Under the pieces are notes generated by a model. It saw only the letters and a program-made list of their open reading frames with translations. It was not told the origin of the DNA and ran no database searches. From an uncultured Acidimicrobiia bacterium (lineage in GTDB: Bacteria > Acidobacteriota > Terriglobia > Versatilivoradales > Versatilivoraceae), in the NCBI GenBank assembly GCA_963786955.1, contig CAWBAT010000005.1, positions 1,164,127-1,228,126 of the forward strand: a DNA stretch of 64,000 nucleotides. The letters are read 5' to 3'. The stretch's first letter is position 1. Each line of letters begins with the position of its first letter. The translations under genes and the position numbers were made by a program. Shown piece after piece: positions 58,968-64,000 of the stretch.

Positions 58968-60692
58968 TCAAGTCGCTTTCAGCGCGACAATCGTTTGATC
59001 ATCATATTTCCTGTTATCCAGCGAAAACTGCTCAATCTCCGAGAGGATTTTATCTACTAATCTCTTCACTGGAAGGGACGAGTAGCGCGCCACGGCTTCT
59101 TTTAGGCGATCCACTCCGAATTCCTCTGCCCGCAGATCCCTGGCTTCGAGCAAGCCATCAGTATAGAAAATCACACAATCGCCTGGATTTAGCGCGACCT
59201 TAATTTCTCGGTATTCCGCTTCATCGAAAAGACCCAAGGGAAACCCTTGAACGGAGAGAACCTCGGCCTTTCCTCCCCGGCATACAATGAGCGGAGGGGA
59301 TCCGGCGTTGGAGTACTTGAGGATCCGGGTATTCCCATTATAGATTGCATAAGAGAGGCTCATAAAGCGCCCCTCGATGGCGCGCTGTCGTAACGAGATG
59401 TTCATGAGCCGCAACATTTCTGCTGGCGAATACTTTCGCCCAGCTCGGGTTCGCAAAATGCCGCTGGCAACAGCACCATAGAGGGCTGCAGGTGCTCCCT
59501 TGCCGGATACGTCGCCAATGGCAATAGCGACTGTATCGTCGTCATAAGAGAAAAAGTCGTAAAGATCCCCCCCTAGAATCCGGGCAGGGCGGAATTCTGC
59601 AAAAAAGGTTGTATTAGGGATTTCGGGATACTTGTCGGGAATGAGGGAATATTGAATTTCGCGGGCAAATTTCAGCTCACGATCCAGCAAGGCTTCGGCT
59701 GCGACCACTCTCTCATATAGTCTGGCGTTTTCAATTGCGACCGCCACATGGCTTGCCAATGCCATGAGGGTCTCCTCATGAAAGGGTGTGAAGTAGTTCA
59801 GGAATGGACTTTGGAGATCGAAAACACCGATGGCTTTGTCTTTGTAGATCAGCGGGATGACAAGCTCTGAACGTGTTTCTGGAGTAACGCTGATATAGCG
59901 AGGATCTTTGGTCACGTCATTGATGAGAAGAGGACGCTTTTTCGTGACCGCGGTCCCGACGAGCCCTTTTCCCAATGGGATTCTCGATTTCTCCTTGGCA
60001 TCACGATTGTACTTCACGGAAAGCCAGGATCGAAGCACCTGCTCTTCTTCGTCCACGAGCAGGATAGAAAAGATGTGGTAGTGAAAGACCCGGCGGAGCT
60101 GCTCCGCGACTTTCTTCAGAAGTTGTTCGAGATCAAGAATCGAGGAGAGTTCTTTCCCGATCTCGTTGAGAGTTTCAAGCATCTCACTCTTTGATACAAG
60201 ACTCTCATAGAGGAGCGCATTGTCAATAGCGACAGCCAGTTGGGATGCTAACAGGGTTAAGACTCTCTGGTGATAGGGTTGGAAATAATTGGGCTGGGGA
60301 CTTTCGATGTCCAGAACTCCGACCAGGCGATTCCTCGAGAGCAAAGGAATCGCGAGCTCAGAGCGGACGCCTTCAATCAGATCAATGTAACGAGAATCTC
60401 GGGTTACGTCAGGGACCAAAATCGGTTCACGGCGTAACGCAGCGGTGCCTACCAAACCTTCTCCAATTTTGATGTGCGTCCCTTTAACATTGTCAGGGTA
60501 TCCCAAAGTAAATCGCCAATAGAGGTCCTTCCGGATTTCGTCGACCAGTAGAATAGCGAAAATCTGGTAGTCGATGAACCGGCGGGTAGTTTCGGCGATC
60601 TTCTCCATAAGTTCGTCGAGGGAAAGAATTGAATTGATTTCTCGACCCACTTCGAAAATCAGCTCAAACAGGTTCTCTTGGTTCGTGGTCAA
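58968..60692 (-). CDS. GAF-GAF-PP2C (SpoIIE/RsbU-type) serine phosphatase
   Basis: 574-aa intact ORF with a TTG start. Two GAF-like repeats (each ...GEGLVGTAA/GKGLVGTAV...) are followed by a PP2C domain (GGDLYDFF, IAIGDVSGKGAPAALYGA, DGLLEA, DDQTIVALK). Confidence 0.8.
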   Translation of the reverse strand: MTTNQENLFELIFEVGREINSILSLDELMEKIAETTRRFIDYQIFAILLVDEIRKDLYWRFTLGYPDNVKGTHIKIGEGLVGTAALRREPILVPDVTRDSRYIDLIEGVRSELAIPLLSRNRLVGVLDIESPQPNYFQPYHQRVLTLLASQLAVAIDNALLYESLVSKSEMLETLNEIGKELSSILDLEQLLKKVAEQLRRVFHYHIFSILLVDEEEQVLRSWLSVKYNRDAKEKSRIPLGKGLVGTAVTKKRPLLINDVTKDPRYISVTPETRSELVIPLIYKDKAIGVFDLQSPFLNYFTPFHEETLMALASHVAVAIENARLYERVVAAEALLDRELKFAREIQYSLIPDKYPEIPNTTFFAEFRPARILGGDLYDFFSYDDDTVAIAIGDVSGKGAPAALYGAVASGILRTRAGRKYSPAEMLRLMNISLRQRAIEGRFMSLSYAIYNGNTRILKYSNAGSPPLIVCRGGKAEVLSVQGFPLGLFDEAEYREIKVALNPGDCVIFYTDGLLEARDLRAEEFGVDRLKEAVARYSSLPVKRLVDKILSEIEQFSLDNRKYDDQTIVALKAT

Positions 60693-60836
60693 GGAGAGCT
60701 ATCCTTCTTGCCTCAACGGCATCATGGGTCTATCTGGCCTGGTATTCTTCTCAGACAAGCGTGGTTTTAAACCGTCCTTAGGAAAATACATCCCGCCAAC
60801 CCATTTGAAAAGAGGAGAATGGAAACACAGGGACGG

Positions 60837-60949
60837 GCGTGGACTCCTGAGGGTACTTGGCTACCATTCGCGGGGATGATCGATTCGGGATGCATAGAAA
60901 CGGTTTCTCTGCTTGTATTTGCCTTCTTCTAAGTTTCAGGAGTCCGTGC
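60837..60949 (+). other. long-range inverted repeat (15-bp stem enclosing 85 nt) in a 380-bp spacer; candidate structured RNA element
   Basis: GGACTCCTGA (60841-60850) is the exact reverse complement of TCAGGAGTCC (60936-60945). The stem extends through GCGT/GTGC with G-U pairs only if transcribed from the + strand. Internal small hairpins: GGTActtggcTACC and AGAAACggTTTCT. Confidence 0.3.
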
Positions 60950-61073
60950 TGCAACTGGTCCCACTGGGGTCATCGTTCCCAGCTAGAGCCGTCCATCCCA
61001 ATGGGTACAACTTAGCTAGGCTACCCACGAACGAAATACCGGCTGAGAGCCAAGAAGTAAGGGACGGAACGCT

Positions 61074-61742
61074 CTAAAGAGCACAACTGCAGTCACCCGG
61101 AATGGCGACTAGGCTACTCCTCAATAATTGATTTTCCAACTCTTCGATTCTGGTGACTCGATACTGATAGCGATCTCCATCGAATGATGTGTTGAGCCAG
61201 GTTGAGAGGATTAATTTCATTTGGTCGATGGAATTGGCTTCAGGGCTTAAAGCCAGGAAATTGGCATCATCATATTTGCGGGAATTACTGGCGCTCAACC
61301 GGTCATAGCACAATGCGGCTCGAATTCCAGGCATCTTATTGGCCAGGATATAAGACCCGGTGCCGGCGCTCTCAATGGCTACCGCCCGATGTGCCTCTCC
61401 AATACTCACGGCAGTGGCAACTCTTAGCTCGGCTGAGGGGCAACGGCTGTTGTCCTGAAGGTCGTCACCACAATCCAGGACCACATACCCATCTCTTTCG
61501 AGAAACTCACCTAATTGCGATTTCAGCGCCCCACACTCCTTATCGCTACTCATGGCGATGCACTTGCTACGAGGTTTCAGATCCAAAATAGTTGCAAGGT
61601 TCTCACACTCAATAATTGTGCTTTGTCGTTGGACTGCTAATTCGCGGGCCAGCGCAGTCACAATAGTCCCTTTTATTACATAACAAGGACTTCCAGGTAA
61701 GAGGTTACTAATGTCATCCCCAGTGAGAACTTGATTTTTCAT
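61074..61742 (-). CDS. RpiB/LacA/LacB-fold protein with a ~60-aa N-terminal extension; canonical catalytic residues not conserved
   Basis: The C-terminal ~150 aa align by eye with RpiB ([22 protein letters not shown]...[12 protein letters not shown]...F.GDRYQYRV). The positions of E. coli RpiB His10, Cys66 and His99 read K, A and Y. Confidence 0.55.
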   Translation of the reverse strand: MKNQVLTGDDISNLLPGSPCYVIKGTIVTALARELAVQRQSTIIECENLATILDLKPRSKCIAMSSDKECGALKSQLGEFLERDGYVVLDCGDDLQDNSRCPSAELRVATAVSIGEAHRAVAIESAGTGSYILANKMPGIRAALCYDRLSASNSRKYDDANFLALSPEANSIDQMKLILSTWLNTSFDGDRYQYRVTRIEELENQLLRSSLVAIPGDCSCAL

Positions 61743-62287
61743 TCTTCCTCAAAATGGAAATGGTCGTCAAATTTCGGAACTTCTGGGCATAATCCAGTCC
61801 ATACCCAACGACAAACTCATCAGGAATCTCAAAGCCCACATAGGTGGCTGCTACATCTTTGGTTCTTCGGGACCGCTTACTTAAAAGAGTGCAGATGTTC
61901 AGGGAATTCGGACCGCGTGTCCAGAGATAACGAGACAAATAAATCAAGTGTCAGGCCGGTGTCCAGAATGTCCTCCACGATCAAGACTTCTCTCCCTTGA
62001 ATCGTAGAATCCAGATCTTTGACGATTCTGACCTCGCCGGAGGAGCGCTGACTTTCCTTATAACTAGAAACCGCCATGAAATCCAAAGTAGTGTTTTTGG
62101 GCAAATATCGGATCAAGTCCGCCAGAAAAATACAAGCACCTTTAAGGATGCAGATCAGATGCAGCTGCTTCCCCGTATAGTCGTCCGTTATCCGGATTCC
62201 TAATTCTTTGACTTTGGCCTGGATTTGTTGCGCGTCGATTAGAACATCTAGTTGAGTTGACACCTCAAGGGTATCAGGCGTCATCAT
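61714..62287 (-). pseudogene. hpt: hypoxanthine phosphoribosyltransferase, one frameshift as read
   Basis: 61877-62287 carries ICILKGACIFLADL and the PRPP motif [14 protein letters not shown]. 61714-61947 carries [10 protein letters not shown]...[25 protein letters not shown]. The two are in different frames. Confidence 0.8.
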
Positions 62288-62373
62288 TAAACCCCAGATA
62301 TATTTGATGCCCGAATTATTCTACTGTATCCTATCCGTAATCGTGGTGCAAGCCGGACGCGCAGGAAGGCAGC

Positions 62374-62403
62374 TTGACAATGATCAGGCGCTCTTCTTAT
62401 CAT
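62374..62403 (+). promoter_or_regulatory. sigma70-like promoter candidate
   Basis: TTGACA (62374-62379), an 18-nt spacer, then TATCAT (62398-62403). It lies 53 nt upstream of the ATG at 62456. Confidence 0.4.
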
Positions 62404-62455
62404 GCCATGGCGATTGAGTATTAAGAATAATTCCGCAGCGAAGGAGCAATCGGTA

Positions 62456-62826
62456 ATGATCAAGAAAGTGAGCTTAATAATCGGTTGTCTGTTCGTGGCG
62501 GTTTCCATGGCCGGAACATTGCCCAAGGGAAGAAAGTGACTTTTGCCGGTTACCTGCTGGATCAAATGTGTGGTGCAGAGGTGAAGGACACGGCCAAGGC
62601 TGCAGAACACTCAAAGGAATGCGCCCTCATGGATCACTGCGTTGCAGCGGGCTATGGGATCTTCGCCGAAGGGAAGTTTATCAAGTTCGATGCCCAGGGT
62701 AACAAGAAAGCCAAGGCATTCCTTGAGAGTAGTAAAAAGGAAAAAGGCATTCTGGTTATCTTGGAAGGAAATCTTAATGGTGACGTCTTGACGGTCTCGG
62801 CGATAAAGGAAAGGGGTGTTAAGTAG
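62456..62826 (+). pseudogene. small secreted hypothetical protein, signal peptide and mature part in different frames as read
   Basis: The ATG at 62456 lies 9 nt after AAGGAG and encodes MIKKVSLIIGCLFVAVSMAG, then stops. ORF 62485-62826, in another frame, encodes the mature-looking part (KVTFAGYLLDQMCG...HSKECALMDHCVAAGYGIF...). Confidence 0.5.
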
Positions 62827-63085
62827 GGGTATCGTGCTGTGGCCTGGCTGAATGTTTATCTGTGGCTCCCTCTTGCTTTGAGTTTTGAAACATGAATTTG
62901 TTCTTGATCAGTAGCGGCCAGACTTAAATCCCGTGTGAAGTTGCCTTGGTTCGAGAATTTTCTTTCTCCTGTGAGAGCCAAGGGAAGTGTGTTAATCAAG
63001 GAAGAGTTGGTTTTTTCTTCGCCAAAACCTGAATGAAAGATTCTGTTAAGTAGCCTGATTTTAAGAAACGGAGGAGGTCTTTTTT

Positions 63086-63928
63086 ATGCCCTGGTTTAAG
63101 AAGAGCCAGACTCCCATCGTCCAGATTGGAGACAAAACCGTACGAACGGAAGGACTTTGGACGAAGTGCGATCAGTGCAAACAGATCATCTGGAAAAAAG
63201 ATTTGGAAGCCAACCAAAACGTCTGTCCAGGATGCAACTTTCACTTTAAAATCTCGGCACGAGAAAGGTTACGGCTGTTGTTAGATGGTGCAATTTACAA
63301 ACAGTTCGACGAACGCCTTGTGTCCAATGACCCTCTCCATTTTGTGGACAAGAAACCCTATAAAAGGCGCCTGGAAGAGATGGCCCGGGCAACCGGGCTC
63401 AAAGATGCTGTCATTTCAGCAGAAGGTAAATTAGGGGGGAAGCCGATTTTCGTTTGCGCGATGGAAGCCGCCTTTATCAGCGGATCGATGGGATCTGTCG
63501 TCGGGGAAGTCATCACTCGGGCGATCGAGCGATCCATCGAAAAAAAATATCCTCTGATCATTGTGGCTTGCTCTGGAGGCGCAAGGATGCAGGAAGGCGC
63601 ATTGAGCCTTATGCAAATGGCGAAAATTAGCTCAGCTTTGGCCCGCTTAGACGATGTCAAAGTGCCTTATATCTCGGTGCTTACGGATCCGACAACCGGA
63701 GGAGTCACGGCCAGTTTTGCTATGTTGGGGGATATCATTATCGCTGAACCTGGAGCGCTCATTGGATTTGCGGGACCTCGGGTGATTGAGCAGACCATCC
63801 GACAAAAACTACCGGAAGGTTTCCAGCGCAGCGAGTTCCTTCTAAATCACGGGATGATCGATGCTATTGTGAATCGAAAAGACCTGAAGGAGTATCTGAT
63901 AAAATCCCTTAGATTCTTCGGCCATTAA
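63086..63928 (+). CDS. accD: acetyl-CoA carboxylase carboxyltransferase subunit beta
   Basis: 280-aa ORF with RBS GGAGGAGG. N-terminal zinc ribbon CDQCKQII...CPGCNFH. Carboxyltransferase blocks GGARMQEG and LTDPTTGGVTASFA. Confidence 0.92.
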   Translation: MPWFKKSQTPIVQIGDKTVRTEGLWTKCDQCKQIIWKKDLEANQNVCPGCNFHFKISARERLRLLLDGAIYKQFDERLVSNDPLHFVDKKPYKRRLEEMARATGLKDAVISAEGKLGGKPIFVCAMEAAFISGSMGSVVGEVITRAIERSIEKKYPLIIVACSGGARMQEGALSLMQMAKISSALARLDDVKVPYISVLTDPTTGGVTASFAMLGDIIIAEPGALIGFAGPRVIEQTIRQKLPEGFQRSEFLLNHGMIDAIVNRKDLKEYLIKSLRFFGH

Positions 63929-63944
63929 TTTTCTTGCTCTTCTT

Positions 63945-63990
63945 ACCCACCCATTCTGCGGATGTATTCAAAGGAAGGAGTGGGTTTTTT
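63945..63990 (+). terminator. candidate intrinsic terminator after accD
   Basis: ACCCACCC (63945-63952) pairs with GGAGTGGGT (63977-63985), with one bulge and a large 24-nt loop. The sequence runs straight into T6 (63985-63990). Confidence 0.45.
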
Positions 63991-64000
63991 CGTTTATGGA

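Noticed and set aside
60872-60892. GGGGATGATCGATTCGGGATG resembles the 5' end of tmRNA (GGGG..G....GGATTCGAC.GGGAT).
   Set aside because: The match lacks the conserved ...TTCGAC... spacing. No tag-peptide reading frame ending in a typical ...ALAA-like tag was found. No T-arm/acceptor 3' end (GGTTCGA.TCC......CCACCA) occurs in the next ~400 nt, and that stretch runs into the RpiB-like CDS.
1-64000. Scan for CRISPR arrays, tRNA/rRNA genes, IS elements, integrases and long tandem or dispersed repeats.
   Set aside because: No regularly spaced direct repeats, no cloverleaf-compatible segments in the spacers I inspected, and no transposase or recombinase-like ORFs were seen. Absence is based on visual inspection only and should be confirmed with tRNAscan, Infernal and ISfinder-type tools.

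Overview
This is a 64-kb chromosomal window from a respiring bacterium with a Gram-negative-type envelope. GC is roughly 50% by eye, and the lineage cannot be assigned without a database search. I recognised no rRNA, tRNA, CRISPR array, transposase or integrase.

Gene content in order:
- 0-5.5 kb: pgsA (partial), a DUF512 radical-SAM protein, a DUF62 SAM hydrolase, a DUF1028 protein and a GMC oxidoreductase.
- 5.5-8.3 kb: a 2.7-kb accessory islet with a DUF4258/MqsA-like toxin-antitoxin pair, an HExxH protein and a T5orf172-type GIY-YIG nuclease. hemH follows.
- 9.5-22.3 kb: a complete alternative complex III operon (actABCDEF plus a small membrane ORF), joined to SCO1 and a caa3-type cytochrome c oxidase (coxBACD). 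A TIGR04255-like orphan follows.
- 23.3-29.9 kb: a minus-strand nucleotide-sugar/glycan cluster. It holds a WbpB-WbpD-like fusion, a 2-epimerase, a DegT aminotransferase, two UXS-like SDRs and a GT2.
- 30-37 kb: a TlpA-like redoxin, a small Cys-rich secreted protein, TPR/YHS/gdhA, and pyrR-pyrB-pyrC.
- 37-64 kb: housekeeping genes. These are glnE, pgeF, acpS, mtaB, a SurA-like PPIase, ubiE, rarA, a TrmH-family methylase, tsaC, a ydcF-like gene, an ABC substrate-binding protein, anmK, mutS, tsaB-rimI, clpS, a Tat-signal oxidoreductase, a bacilliredoxin-like protein, tatA, a GAF-GAF-PP2C phosphatase, an RpiB-like protein, hpt and accD.

The most striking observation is about sequence quality rather than a new system. 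Reading frames are clean for the first 33.7 kb. From 33.7 kb, and especially across 37.1-51.7 kb, nearly every conserved gene is broken by multiple single-nucleotide frameshifts (at least 11 frame changes in glnE alone). Several of the junctions fall in homopolymer runs. I read this as a poorly polished assembly segment, not biology. mutS is itself hit, so a mutator explanation is recorded but disfavoured.

I did not find a convincing, previously undescribed multi-gene system. The candidates worth a second look are:
- the accessory islet at 5.5-8.3 kb;
- the WbpB-WbpD fusion and the SDR paralogue that lacks the catalytic Tyr;
- a 15-bp long-range stem in the 380-bp spacer at 60.8-60.95 kb;
- an RpiB-like protein without the canonical catalytic residues;
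- a 400-bp convergent spacer behind an orphan clpS.

All family assignments come from motif recognition by eye. No searches were run.
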